Shown here: positions 51,075 through 64,000 of the stretch, one piece after another
How positions within the stretch are numbered: position 1 is the first letter of the stretch
Layout: every line of letters starts with the position of its first letter
NCBI GenBank assembly: GCA_052426225.1
Contig: JBNJNM010000009.1
Location: forward strand, 1,240,001 to 1,304,000
Source: Zancudomyces culisetae HAW-14-8
Lineage: Eukaryota > Fungi > Kickxellomycota
Reading direction: 5' to 3'
Length of the DNA: 64,000 nucleotides
The notes under the pieces: generated by a model
What the model was told of the DNA's origin: nothing
What the model saw: the letters and a program-made list of their open reading frames with translations, nothing else
Database searches by the model: none
Made by a program: the position numbers and the translations under genes

Positions 51075-51404
51075 TTAGTCGAATAGACCGAAACCCATGT
51101 CGTCATCGGATTCTTCCTCTGGCTCTGGTTCAGCAGCAGCGGCAGCTGGAGCATCAGCACCAGCAGCTGGGGCGGCGGCACCTCCGGCAGCAGCAGCACC
51201 ACCTGATGGAACTGAAGCAAGCTTGGTGGCTCCCTCGGCAATCAAGGTCTCGACGGACTTGCCCTTGAAGGCCTCGACAACTTCGGCGGCGCGGGCCTCG
51301 TCGACTTCGATTCCGACTGATGAGATAACATTCTTGATGTCATCGGCGGTGATACTCTTGGATCCAGCGGAGTGGAGAAGCAAGTAAGCGGCAATGTAAC
51401 GCAT
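51075..51404 (-). CDS. RPP2: 60S acidic ribosomal protein P2 (probable 5'UTR intron 51660-51425)
   Basis: [10 protein letters not shown]...Ala-rich hinge...[13 protein letters not shown]. Confidence 0.97.
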   Translation of the reverse strand: MRYIAAYLLLHSAGSKSITADDIKNVISSVGIEVDEARAAEVVEAFKGKSVETLIAEGATKLASVPSGGAAAAGGAAAPAAGADAPAAAAAEPEPEEESDDDMGFGLFD

Positions 51405-52464
51405 CTTTTGTGTTTATTTTAGATCTACGGTTTTCAAAAATACAAATGGTTAATAAGAGTGATACCTTTTGAAAATGATTTAATGGCAAAATATGCAGTA
51501 AATAACTAGATGGATTCAATTTTTCGCAACATCAAATTGATTCACTAAAGGTTACGTATAAATTGAATCCAGTATTTTTTAAAACCAAAGACCTCCTAAG
51601 CTTGTCCGACTACCACAGCTATATGTGCTACCTCGTAATTAAAAATGTCGAATATCTTACCTATTTAATCGTGTGATGTAAAGTAGCTTTTAACCCTTCT
51701 TAATTCCTATGGGAACAATACGTCTACGCGATCGGCTATTTATGCTAAGTTTTAAACTAAACTAAAATAAATTTTAGGTTTATGTTGACATTTTAATCTT
51801 TGGTTTTCAAGCAATTTTTTTTTTCCTATTCACTGCAAAAAATTTTCTACACTTTATATGTATAGGCTAAAAGTTTTACCCAATTGATTTCAAAAGCTTG
51901 CACATCTACCCAATAAAATACAGTAAATATCTGAAAATCTTTGAACACACACCAAATATTGGATTTATTGAGAATGAGACAGAAAATGTGTTTGCTAGCA
52001 GCAAAGGTATCCGCATCGGAGCACCAGCTCAGTTCTCCATCTTGTGCTCTGTTTGTATTGTGCGAACGAGTAAGCGTACAGTGGCCATCTCTTTAAAACA
52101 AAAAAAATCTTTGCGACAGAACATTGCTAAGGCACAAGTAAAAATTGTATTTAGTAACTAGTCAATACATACTAATCCAGTTTTGATCATACTATTGAGA
52201 AAAGGACAACACGTGGGAAATGCATATAATATAAACCCAAATATTGACAGTTGCTGATCCACATACTCTATATCCAATGTCACAGTGCGTGTTTACTCTA
52301 TCGTTCTCAAGTGCGTTGAAGACAGGTTGGATGGTGGTACACAGTCGTTAGTAAGCTAGGTACTCTCTCCCACTATCCACAAACTAAATGACTAGAATAA
52401 ACAACAAAAAGCCAAAAAAAAAATCGCCAAAGGAATCAGGTGTGTAAAGCTGCTTAACCGCATT

Positions 52465-53911
52465 TTACGAGTTCGTCTTATCGTTTTTAAACAACGGATG
52501 GTTGTTCGGTGTGCGTTTGCTCAATATACTATCAAAAAAGCGGTGTTCTAGCTGTCTTATCTATTCAATTAGTAGAACATATCTTATGAAAAAAGAAACC
52601 ACAATACCCTGTTATTGCCCAGGAGCCTAGTATAATCTGTGAGAAATAACGTGATTCATACCTTTACCGCCATGTAGTTATCATTTTTTAAACTAACAAT
52701 ATCCCTTGTCCATATAGAGAGAAACCCGTTTAGGTTTCCAAAGGCTACATCTGTTAATAGCCTGTCTCCAACAACTGCGATCTGATTTTTATTCCATTTT
52801 CCGCTTAAATAGCCCATAAGCTCAGTCCCACAACCCGGTTTCTATGTGTATCGTTGTGCTACCATTATTATCATAATTACAACCTTGTAAGTAAAAAGTA
52901 AGCAAACATCTGAGAAAAATACAAGAATGCTTGTTTTGTGAAATCAACAGCAAAAGATAACGTTGTTTAGATATGTATACCTAGTACATACCTTTTCTTT
53001 GTGCCTCAAAACATGAACACCCAGGTCCTTTTCAATTGCTAGTGCCTATACGGTTAAAAACAATGTGACAGGTGAATATTGAAATCAAGTGTTTTTTTTA
53101 CCAGGAAAGAGTACAAAAGGGGTATGGATGCACTTTTCTGTGCACTCAACTACAATGGTATTTCTTGGTCAACGGGTAAGTAAATAACAGAGCTAATGGT
53201 ATCCATACCTTTGTAAAGTTATGATCGTCTAAACTTCCTGCAGAGTTGGATATAATAATTACATTTTCTGTAGAAAATGTTTTCAGGCATTTTCCCCAGG
53301 CATCCTACAACCAAGTGTTATGGTTTTAGCTTACAAGAATTGACTAAATAAAAAGAAAGCTATTATGCCACTTGAAGTAATATATAGAAATACATGCTAT
53401 CCCATTCTAAAAAAAGAATTATAGAAAAGGATCTTGCTTCATGTATGTCTCGTTTAGAATCTCCATATTCAACCATCTTTTGTACTTTACATACTGAAAA
53501 AGGTAAAGATAAATAAATATAGAAAAAAATTACTAGGAATGGTTCGTGGATCTTGTTTTCGTATGGTGCAGAAAGACAATTGTCCTTATCAAATGCTATA
53601 AATCTGATTCCTCCATCGTACAATTCCTGGAAATTGATAAATCTTATATCTACTCGTGTTCACATTTTAGCCAGATTTAGTGTCCTTATCGTGTGAATTT
53701 GTATACAGCTTTTGACTCAAAGCCAGTTGCTGTCCATGTCATGTTCAAAATATGTTGTTTTTTTTTTGGTCATCCGTTATTACCTTAATAACGGACAATT
53801 TAAACTTAGTAGCATTTTACCTTTTACACGAATATGGGGGTTAATCAGACTGGGATTCAAGAGCACTTTAAAAAAGCACCTTATCCCTGAAAAGTTTAAA
53901 GACTGGACCAT
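52465..53911 (-). CDS. GEP4: Mitochondrial phosphatidylglycerophosphatase (HAD), 6 exons
   Basis: MVQSLNFSG..., FDKDNCL, ISNSAGS, VLRHKEK|KPGC, VVGDRLLTDV. Confidence 0.88.
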
Positions 53912-54592
53912 TTACTAGCTCCCTGAAACTATTTTACTTTTTACAGCAACCCAACCTTGTTATTTAGACAACGCAGGTATGAAAAAGTATGTTATTATTA
54001 TATTGTGTGTATGCTTGTATATGTCTTTCTTTTTTGTAGAATCAATCAATCGAGGATTGCTGGGTTCAAGAAAAATAGATAACTAATACCCAATAAACTC
54101 CACCTCTAAACACTGATTGGTGAAATCGTAATTTTTTCCAAAAGCAAGTACACAAGCAGGCACAAACAGAAGAGCTGGTAGAGGACCTGAATGTTCAAGT
54201 GGTTCAAAAACAGTTTAACTACAAGGCGTGTATCGAACACGTCCTTTATTTTGGAGATAGTATTCCAATAAATACAGTAATCATAGTTGACGGATACCAA
54301 GTAGAGAAAACACATCACCTTATTCAAACGTCCTATGTAATTTATAATGGACTAATAAACTATACCTTGGATTCAGAAAATTTGATAAAGTGAAATATAC
54401 TTCATTTGGTTAAAGATGTTTTGCTTTATATTAACTAAGAAAAAAAAAAGATTATATAAATAAAAAATGAAAAATGAAAAATGAAAAATGAAATTAAAAA
54501 ATAAAAGTAGATTTACAGTGTGCTTGAAAAATCACTATAACCACCCTATCCTACAATAATAAAGAAAAGGAAAAGATATAGAAATAGATGCA

Positions 54593-55724
54593 TTAAATTT
54601 GATGAGTTTGTTTTTTGTTAAAGTATGCCTTGACGCTATCACCACCAAAGACCATACATGTGGTCAGGTACACACTCAGGCCAATCCTAGGTGTGACGCC
54701 TCTATAGAAACCTAGAAACCCGCTTTGTCTATAAATATACTTGGCGCATGTATACACATTTAAGTTTTTGGGTCGATTTGGATCCTTTGTTTGGGATTGC
54801 ATTTCAACCCGAATAACCTCGATGGGCTGATTCCAGCATGAAAGAGCGCCTCCAATCATTGAAGAAAGGATTCTTTCGCCATTAGACAGCTTGCGGTTTT
54901 TATCCTTCCCACGTATAATGGCTTCAGCAAAGCGGGAAATTCCGAATCTTGAGCCCCAGTTTGTCATTTGTCTAATTGCAACAGCAGAAACACCGCGATT
55001 GAGTCCCCTGATACCTTCTTTCTTGAAAACCTTGTATGCGATTCCAACTGTTGATGTTTTATCACCTGGCATTTTATCTCTAGTAACTTCAACAGTTTTC
55101 ATAAATGTACAAAAACCCATTGTTGTGTACGCCTGGGCTATCCCTCCCAACATGCCTCCAAATAATCCAGCAACTGTACGTGATGAACCCATTGCGAGTA
55201 CCACCTTCTCAACCTCTGAAGAGGTAAAAAGCAGTACACCACCTTTTGTAGAGGCCTCTATCCATGCCCAAGGTATCAGGCCTTGGAAATACCCTCTCAT
55301 TCCACCCCTTTTGTAGACCGCCATTGTTGCTTGACTCAGATTCTGGCTTCTGTTGGCTATTTAAGATGCATTTCCCATTCTGTTATATATGTGTTTATTT
55401 ATTGACTATAGTTGTTAAGCAGGATGATATTCCCTAAAGTGTTAAAAACCCAGTAAGGATGTTCTTGTTTTATCGCTGCATAGCCGAAGAGCCATGAAAA
55501 GTAACAGAGTACGGTAGAAAAAAAAACACAAAAGAAAGGTGTTGTTATAGAAGAAAAGACATAGACTTACCCGCCATTTGTGTTTTAACAACTTCGAAGG
55601 GCTGTCCTAGTGTGGAGACCTCAATCACCTGGATTGCCGCACCGATAGCAAGGTTCCGCCATGAGAAATCACGGCCTTTACTCTGTATTGCGATTGCAGG
55701 GCCCATAGTAACTTTATTTTCCAT
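54593..55724 (-). CDS. YHM2: Mitochondrial citrate/oxoglutarate carrier (exons 55724-55571, 55356-54593)
   Basis: EVSTLGQPFEVVKT, QGLIPWAWIEASTKG, QAYTTMGFCTFMKTVE, RQMTNWGSRFG, WNQPIEVIRVEMQ. Confidence 0.95.
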
Positions 55725-56854
55725 CTTTGTACCTTATTGGGGGGGGGGTTTCTATGCTATGTTCCTTACTTTTCGCCACTTAAATGAATTTAAGAAGTTG
55801 CTGGAAAAAGTATAGTGGGTTTTTATCCTTTTCAAAACTATGAGAGAGTAAAGAATGAAATTAAAAAAGAGGGAGTGAGTTTGTGCTTCGATTGCTATAA
55901 AATATCTTGAAGGGGTGGGGTGTGTTTGATCTTATAAAAGCGATAGCAATATTAGCAGTGTTTATTTTCGGTAACGGTGCAGCGTGAATAAAATTATATT
56001 GCATTTTGAATGATATACTACATGTGCTTTTACAAAATTGCCATGTTAAAACAACAAAACTGAAGGGAGTTTCCTCTCCTAATTGTTTTCCAACATTTTC
56101 TTTCTGTTTTTGTAAAATGTAGTACAGTTTCGGAAAAGCCTTCTTAAAATGTTTTTTTTTTCGTTTTGGTATGGATTGTTTTATTAACCCACATTTCCTG
56201 ATTTTCGATGAAATTGGCTGACAATAATTATTGGAGAAGAAAATTGGATGAAAAAATATCCATTTGTAATGCGTATAATTGCAGAATGTGAATAAAAAAA
56301 ATGTGTTATAATGCTGAACATGCAAAATATGGGGGTTTTTCCCGAGTTAATGTTTTATCATTTTGTCAATCCATACAAAATTTACATAGCAGCAATCTCA
56401 GATCTATTAAGGGGTGGCTTTTTAGTCACTATTGCTTGGTATTAGTGTCAGTGCTGCCATTTCACTCTCTTTGCACATGCATTACTTTGACTAAAATTAG
56501 TGACGTTTTACTGAGTGTCGACTTTGAACTTTCTTGATAAAAAAAAAACCACTTTCTCCATTATTCCAGACATAAACAAGTATTGGAAAATAAGCAATTT
56601 ATGTTTCCAGAGAGTGGGTGTAAAATTCCGCAAAGAGGAAGATGAGGAAAGCGGAGCGAAATGCTTCATTGATGGTCAAGAATTTTGCCTATTTGCCTTT
56701 TACTTGTTTGAACCTGTATACTTTTCCCGTAAATAAAATACGGAACTTCCTTTAATTCAATCAACAAATATCTAGAAAATCCGAATGAAGAAATTCTAGC
56801 AAATAATTGTATTACAATATCACACAATTCATGAAATCACCAAAAAAAATAAAA

Positions 56855-59800
56855 TTAGTAACAATCCAGGACATTGATGTGAGCTGAATCGCCCAGTTCA
56901 CTCGAAACTGAGGTTGAAATAAACAGGCCAGGATCAAACAATTCGCCATAAACTGACTCAGACTTGTTGGACTCCATCAGCCCATCAAAATCCAAGGCAT
57001 CAAAATGTAAACCAAAGTCCTGTACCAAATTGGCTACGCTTTTGTGAAGGCAGTTTAGGTCAACGCTCACATAACCAATCCTGGATGGATTTTGATTAGC
57101 TTTACACTGGACACAAAAATTACTACTAGTATGTGTAGCTGCACTTTGATCCATCTGTGCAAGTGGCCTTAAGCGTACCAGTGCATCTGTAGCGTTTGAT
57201 CTCACCAATCTGAGGAAGTTTTTGGTAAAAGCAATAAGCGATTTATGTAAATCGAGATCCATTAGCCCCAATATAAGGCTGGCATTGCAATTGTGGCAGA
57301 ATCTCCCAATACCAGAAAAGACAGTGAAAAGTGAAGCTAGTAAAGCCTCCAGCAGCGAAATCAGTCTAAGCTGAACCCCACTCTCGGTATCTGCTGACAA
57401 TGCACCCAATGTTCCTTTATCGAAAGCAAAAAGATATGCGCGGTAAAGATTGTCGGTGTCCACGTTTAAGGAGATAACTACGCAGGTTAAAAAGTCAATA
57501 GCACACATACGTACAAGTGAGTGGCTATCCCCAAGCAATCTATGCAAAGTGTCCGTGGTAAGCTGAGCTTTCATCATAAAAAAGCGTTGATTTTTCTGTG
57601 AGTATGTCTTCATGGCGAGTTTTAGTGCAGCTGCACGAACTTCGGCCTCGGGGTCAAGAACCAAGGCAAACGCATTTTGTAACAGCCCATCACTGATCAA
57701 CTCAGAGTTTTCAGAATCAATAAGCTTTGAAATATAATCAGTAACCAGTTCCCTGACCTGGTAGTCCTTATCGACCAACCTGATACTCATATTCTCTTCA
57801 GTAACTCGCAATAGGGAAGAGTCAGTCTTTATCTTAGAATCCAATTGAGAAGCAAATATATAAAGTAGCTTAGACAGAGAGCGTGTTCCAACAGTCAAAT
57901 TTCCGGCTATTTCCATTACTTTCTATAGTATCAATTCACAAGAATGAGTATTTAGCAACTATTCAAATGCTATTTCTTGAGAAACCACCCATCTATAAAA
58001 TTTATCTGATATATAGATGGAGAACTAATATTTATATGTTTAAATCGTCAGATCTCAACAAAAATAATGTGATAAAAAAAAAAGATAAACGAACCTTCAT
58101 GACAGTTAGCCGAAAACCAGTATCACCATAACCCACTTCTCTATCTACTGCGGACATAAGCGAGTCTAGAAACAATGCACCTAGCTTAGGCTGTCTAATC
58201 GAGATTAAAACTCGTTCAGTTGCTACAAGAAGCAGTTTTAGAAGTTGCGCATTCTTTGCTCTGCTAGAAACGATCCCAACGGTTGGTACAATAACACTCA
58301 ATATTTGAGTAGCGCATATAGGAAGGTTCGTATTGTGCCGACGTGTTTTCTCGACTTTTTCATTAATAAAAGTCTCAAATTTCTCAATAAATTCGACAAC
58401 TTGCACATGACAAGCATATACTGGCGATTCCATGTGTCTTCTCGCGTTATAAAGTTGCGCTTCACCAGTTACTTCATCTCTTAGTCCCAACATCTTATCC
58501 ATGCACATTATAAAGCACGTTTTAAACATGTTATAAATTTTGTCAACAGCGCCTGTGATTTGATTTTCGTGCTCGCCGTCCAACGAGCTTAATTCAACTA
58601 AGATCAATCGAAAAACATTTAAGACTACCACAAAGAGCGATTCATCCTCGACTGTCGTTTCATTAAATATTCTCAGAAGTGTAGAAACAAAAGTTTTCAA
58701 AAAACCTTCATCCTCTAGAACATTTCCTCCAAAGTTTCCGATCTTCTTTTGGAGATATACCTTTACTAACTTTAAAACTGTCGCAGCCTCGTACGCATCG
58801 TTTCTAACCTGTATAAGCGTGTTTATAATCATCTCGAGTCTTGGTGTAACCATTTCTTCTACAAACTTCTGGTCCGCGTTCTCCAAGAGTGTGTGTGATA
58901 AACACTCAAAATTGTACATTTTTTCTTTATTCCCTCCGTACCTGTTTTCTTGTATACTTCCATCCAAGACTTCAGACATGTACTTTTTAACATCCAGTAA
59001 TATACTTTTGTCATGTGATTTTGCGTTCTGCTGAGTCTCAATATTCACCAAGTGAGTAATTAGTTTTGCTGTAATTCTACGTATCTATAGTATTTAAATA
59101 CAAAGGTTTAGTAACACAACACAATAGAGAAAGTTCATACAAAGGTTAAGTATTATATACACCTACATAAATACTACTGTCACATATTCGATTCTTCACA
59201 TACACAGACAAATCAAACATTCTCGTCAACCTATATATGATATTATTGTTGAGGCAGGTTTTTAATTGGCTATTGTTCTCGAAAGGGGTAGGCATAGCAC
59301 GATTTGATTAGCAACTCGGTCAACCTTTTTAAAACTACATTAGTATATTAGCATTATCTTACTCAGTGTAGAGCCGAAAATCTCCAAAACATGCTGTGAA
59401 AAATTCGGCTACCGCATATCTCAATATCCCCATGTGTGTTTCTGTGTTCTTAATAATGAACTCTATAATCGATTCGCCGTCCAGTGGATCTCTTAATATA
59501 TCTAAGCAATTGGATAAAAATTCGGAAGCTCGATCCGTTTTCATGGTACAGTTTATATTTTCTTGAACGTCATTAAATATACACATATTTTTAAGCCTTT
59601 TCAGATTCGCGCATACATCGATAATTGTCCCAAGTACCCTGATAGCCATCGCACGCAATCTGTAATCTTTCCTTTGCAAAATCAATTCCTAAACGTTACA
59701 AGCTTTTCACTTAATATATAACCTCCTCACTCCCCTTGAAATGAGACCACATAGCTACTATAGTCACCATGTGTGTAGTTTTGGTTGTGTTTGTTTTAAA

Positions 59801-60179
59801 TAATACCACTAAAACGCTATATTCCAGAAAAGTTGTGCACAAATCGTAAACTTACTCTCAGTAAAATTTGTATTTTCTTCGTTTCCAGGTATAAAAGTCG
59901 CTCTTCGGCTATGTTTTCTGGACGTACTTGTCCTTTAGAGACAACTTTATTTTTGCTCGATGCCACTTCTTTTTCACAAGCATGTACGTTGGATTTTGTT
60001 TTTTGAAACACTCCTGTAGTGACAGCATCTTCTTGTATATATATTTTGAATACCGTAATAGCTTTTTCAAAAATCGTTTCGTCTGTTATTGTTGATTTTA
60101 CACCACGTAAGTTTTCAATCAGTAGATTGATATCTTTGTTGGTTATTTCAATCTGTCTGAGCATTTTTGCAATTACCAT
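56855..60179 (-). CDS. BRAT1-like ARM/HEAT-repeat protein, ~5 exons, ending in DCY
   Basis: N-terminal ITDETIFEK, HEAT ends DKDYQVRE / DPEAEVRAAAL / DSHSLVRM, ALDFDGL and terminal VLDCY* match BRAT1 landmarks as recalled. Confidence 0.7.
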
Positions 60180-60778
60180 TGTTATTTTCGTGTAGACTAA
60201 TTTTAACTATAAAAGTGGAAAGGGTGGTATAGCATTTTGTGTGAGTTGTAATGAAAATGCTTATTCTTTTTTACTACTTTCTTAATATTTCACTATTTTA
60301 CCCTTTTTTTCATAACCAACTTATTTATAGCTTACATCAGACTGTTTTTCTGTTTATTATTTTTTTTAATCAAGAAAAAAAAAGTAGAATCGATCATATC
60401 ACAATTCCAAGGTCGTAGCGAAAATATTGGTCAAAACTTAAGTGTGTCAAAACTAGTTATGCTTTGTATTTGCTTGTCATTTAGGAACGCGAAGGCATTT
60501 ACTTTTATTGTGCTTTGTGCTAGGGTTTGAATAAAAAACACCTTTTAAAAAGTATATATAAAAAAAAGTTCTTGTGGAACATAAGACAAAGGTATGAGTG
60601 TCAAGTAGTGTTAACAGGTAATTAATATTTTCACAAAACTCCAAATATACAATATCCTTGCATACACTAGCTAAAGTGCACGTACACGTACATATATGTT
60701 GTTTGGTTTGTTCCAGAACATGATCTGGCTACAATCATGCATAACTGGAAAACATGTTGATTTTTTGACAAGTGATTT

Positions 60779-61776
60779 TCAACCGATGCTTTCGTATAAC
60801 ATACCCAACTCTGCAGGTATAGCATCTTCAGTAGCAGTGGGTGTAAGGGTATACTCTGAAATATCTAAACTTTTAGCTGTCTCTTCTTTTTCATCATCAT
60901 CATCATTATCATCATCGCATAATGTGCTCTCTGATTTATTTTTTTGATGACTGCTAATAGATTGAAGCAAATTCTCAAAACCACCAAGATTTCCAGAATT
61001 TCCGCTTTTAGTTGAGCTTTTCTCATGTGTGGTGGTTTTACTTCTTAGATCTGATCCCTCTTCTCCCAAAAATTCAAAACCGTCGTATTTGCTGTTGTCT
61101 AAGACAGGATCTAGTAGATCTCGTACGCCTTCATTGTCTATTATATCGGCGATTGTTTCTATAACTTTGCCCTCCGCCACTGGTGATAAGTGCTGTTCGT
61201 TTGAAGTAACAGTTTCCCAAGTTATACTAATACCATGTGTCGCTTCTACAAAAGGTGTAGTAGCATTATTATCTAGCTCTGGCAAGTAGTAGAACTTATC
61301 CAACGCATCAGTGTTTTTTGCGTTCTTTGCAAAATATTCCCTGTTAAAACCTATGTTGTAATAATATTAGATGAATAGCTTATTAATTTATTGATGTGTA
61401 TAAAAAAAAATGAACCCACAGTAAAACCTCCAGTTCAAAGAAGATTCAGTAAACTCAGCTTACCACTGCCTAGTAAAGGTTTTGCTAGAGAAGGAGCTGG
61501 GCCGTGCAAACGGGTTATGTCCGTGGAATATTTTTTACTGGTGGATTCGAGTCCTGATACTAACTCATCTACGTCATTATCAATACTCGGCTCGTCCTCC
61601 TCTTTTTCTTTATTTTTTATACTCTCCAAATTTTCAAACCCATCATATTTATCAGCGGCTTGCCTGCGGTTTACGTGAATATCAGAACTTGCTAAATTAC
61701 TAACACCAAACAGTATGCATACAGTACATATGCCTCTTGTCGTCAAAAAGTTGCGTATACTGCCTGATACTACCAT
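60779..61776 (-). CDS. Hypothetical acidic, probably secreted protein (exons 61776-61464, 61350-60779)
   Basis: Phase-1 GTAAGC..TAG intron joins both ORFs; hydrophobic N-terminal segment; repeated GFE.L motif. Confidence 0.55.
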
Positions 61777-62406
61777 TTTTATTAGTTATTATATTAAATT
61801 TATTATCACTATTTGTTTGAAGTATTCTTATAAAAGAAAAAAAGGCCAAACGCTGCTTTTTTTATACCTTTTATATCAAATGGATGAAATATCCTAACAC
61901 CTATAGCAATGTTAAATTAAAAAGCTACCGAGTTTGTATCAATTTTCCTGAAAGTGAACCAAATGCGTGAAGCTTTTTTTGTTTATTTTACCAGTGTAAG
62001 TAAAAAATACCGTAAAAACTGGACTCTGTTGGGTATAAAGCTTTTGATGATCAATACTGGGGAATAGAAACGGTTTATGACCTTTATTTTTTTTGTTTAC
62101 AATGTAATCAATTTTTTTATAGCAAAGTATATACGAGCTCAAAAGGAAAATCTTGAAATGTAATATTATTTGAGCTTAAATCCAAAGGAATAGTCAAATC
62201 AAATGGCGTGGATGAGGTAGGTACGCATATCTCCCAGGGCAAAAAATAAAAAATGAAAAATGAAAACCCAAAGATCTGCTCATTTAAATAGTTACAAACC
62301 ACATACCATTCCACAGTTTCTTCCATAGCACTGATGAAATCCTCAAACAGGTGCTACGGATTAGGCTCTCAACTCGCAAACTTGGGCTTATTACTTTATC
62401 CTAGAG

Positions 62407-62495
62407 GGGAGTTGGTATGTTCTGCAATTGGTTATGTATGTACATTTTGTTGGGAGTTGGTATGCTATGTAATTGGTTATTATACGCATTTTATT
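62407..62495. repeat. Degenerate ~45-bp tandem duplication
   Basis: GGGAGTTGGTATG...AATTGGTTAT...CATTTT present twice back to back. Confidence 0.7.
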
Positions 62496-63700
62496 CTGTA
62501 TCTATGTTTATGTTTAACCTCTGTCTTTAATGATCCACCAAGAATTTCGTGGTATATCACACAACGATTAATTCAAAGTTTATTTAATAAATTCATCGAA
62601 CAAAAAAAAAAGTATTAATATAAACTGTATTTCCTGTTGGTGTTTTCGATTGTGATAACAGTTAGAGTCTAGATCCCAGAAAAAAAAATGCTGAAAAGAC
62701 TATATGTTGGTCTGGATCCAGATTAATATAAGAAAATGTCAGCTAATTTAAAATATTGGGTGTTTAATTCTGTAATGTTAATAGTATGTGTGCAAATGAG
62801 AACGAGATTATTTCTCCACCTTTCACTTTTAGGACTCAAACTAACGAGTCCTGCATTTCTGCGTACCAATCTCGAGTTGAATGGTTCTTTTTTAGCTATT
62901 TCCTAGGCTAATCCACGTTGCTTAAAAAGAGAAAGCGTTGTATTGGCACTATTCCTGAATTTTATGTGGATATACGAACAAACCAATATTGGTTATCTTT
63001 ACAAAACAATTGTTGATGATCAATTTATACCCATTGTATGTCTAATTTTAATATTTACCCTCAGAAAAACAGGCACAAAAATAAAGGAAATTTGGCGGAA
63101 AATGAAATTTTCAAGTGCACAGATGTTCACTACAACAAAAGGCACATGAAAGAAATTGTTGAAAATCAGGTTAATGTAAATAGCAAATAAATAAATAAAT
63201 AAATAAAAAAGTTTAAACTCAATAGTTTTAATCGGGCTATTTTCTGAGATATTCATTACAGAGACAAAAGAGACACCGAAAAAGGCGACTGGAGGTGGTA
63301 AAATAACGAAAAACACACTGTGACACGCCATTTTTTTTTTGTTATTCTACTATTTTCTAAATCGATTACCTTGGCCACCGAGATTTGTATTCGGGATGAA
63401 AAATGAATATTACGATTGATAGACAAGTGAAATTTTAAAATAAAACGACAGCTAGATTGGGAGCAGCCAGGTTGGCCAAAAATAGAAAATAAGAGAAGGT
63501 AAAAAGAAAGGAAAATGAATATTGATCCTGGAGATCAAAAAGACACAAAAGAACAGAAGAGCAAAAAGAACACAGATATTGAAAAAAAAGTAGACGGGGA
63601 AAGAGGTAAAATACAGCAGTTTCGATCATTAAATGGTGTGATTGTATTGAATATCACTTACTAATAGATATACTTTTATAAAGTTATAGTTAGAAGCGAT

Positions 63701-64000
63701 ATGGAAAGACGAAACAGCAGTGGGATACACAAAAAGACAAGAAAAAGTAGCAGTACGGAGAGTAAGAGTAGCCTGGAGTATGGCAATAATGAAGAGCAGG
63801 TGCGTGGAAAACTTTTAGGTAAGGAGGGTGGCTATAGCGGAACTGAAAGAAGCGGGAAAACAAGAGAAAAAGAAACACACGAACCAGAAAAAAGTGGAGA
63901 TGCCAGTAAGGAGCAGTCTCATGATATGGAGTATGATCCAAAGCTTGGCGAGTACAGGGTGGGAGAAGGTGGCGGTGTATATACAGAAGTTGGTGGCTAT
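63701..64000 (+). CDS. N-terminus of a hypothetical hydrophilic protein running off the window
   Basis: ATG 63701 opens 100 uninterrupted codons (MERRNSSGIHKK...YTEVGGY). Confidence 0.5.
   Translation, partial: MERRNSSGIHKKTRKSSSTESKSSLEYGNNEEQVRGKLLGKEGGYSGTERSGKTREKETHEPEKSGDASKEQSHDMEYDPKLGEYRVGEGGGVYTEVGGY

Noticed and set aside
61435-61437. In-frame TGA as possible selenocysteine or read-through
   Set aside because: Lies inside the GTAAGC..AG intron 61463-61351, which restores the frame

Overview
AT-rich, intron-dense eukaryotic DNA from a fungus. Short GT-AG introns, fungal gene families and animal-type genes absent from yeasts suggest an early-diverging lineage such as Zoopagomycota/Harpellales (inference only). 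About 22 host genes can be spliced together by hand, including URA6, a Boi/Pob1-like SH3-PH scaffold, Prp4 kinase, TBP, Nas6/gankyrin, a KAT14-like protein, a DnaJ-X J-protein, Nhp6, a Kin4-type kinase, a UPF0132 membrane protein, Cdc12 septin, SmF, ER FKBP, SUMO, IF1, RPP2, Gep4, Yhm2 and a BRAT1-like protein. The main feature is a full-length, intact ~6-kb APE-RT non-LTR retrotransposon (ORF1+ORF2, poly(A) tail, perfect 14-18 bp TSD) inserted ~240 bp upstream of a tRNA-Leu(UAG) gene. A diverged 3'-end relic of a related element lies ~90 bp downstream of the same tRNA, in the same orientation. This suggests a tRNA-gene-targeting LINE family with a conserved structured 3' RNA element and a proto-SINE layout. 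Other notable points: a BRAT1-like gene ending in the INTS11-binding DCY motif, a GNAT-less KAT14-like gene, overlapping Prp4/TBP coding ends, and purine/pyrimidine skew domains that flip inside a gene. All family assignments are from motif recognition, not database searches.
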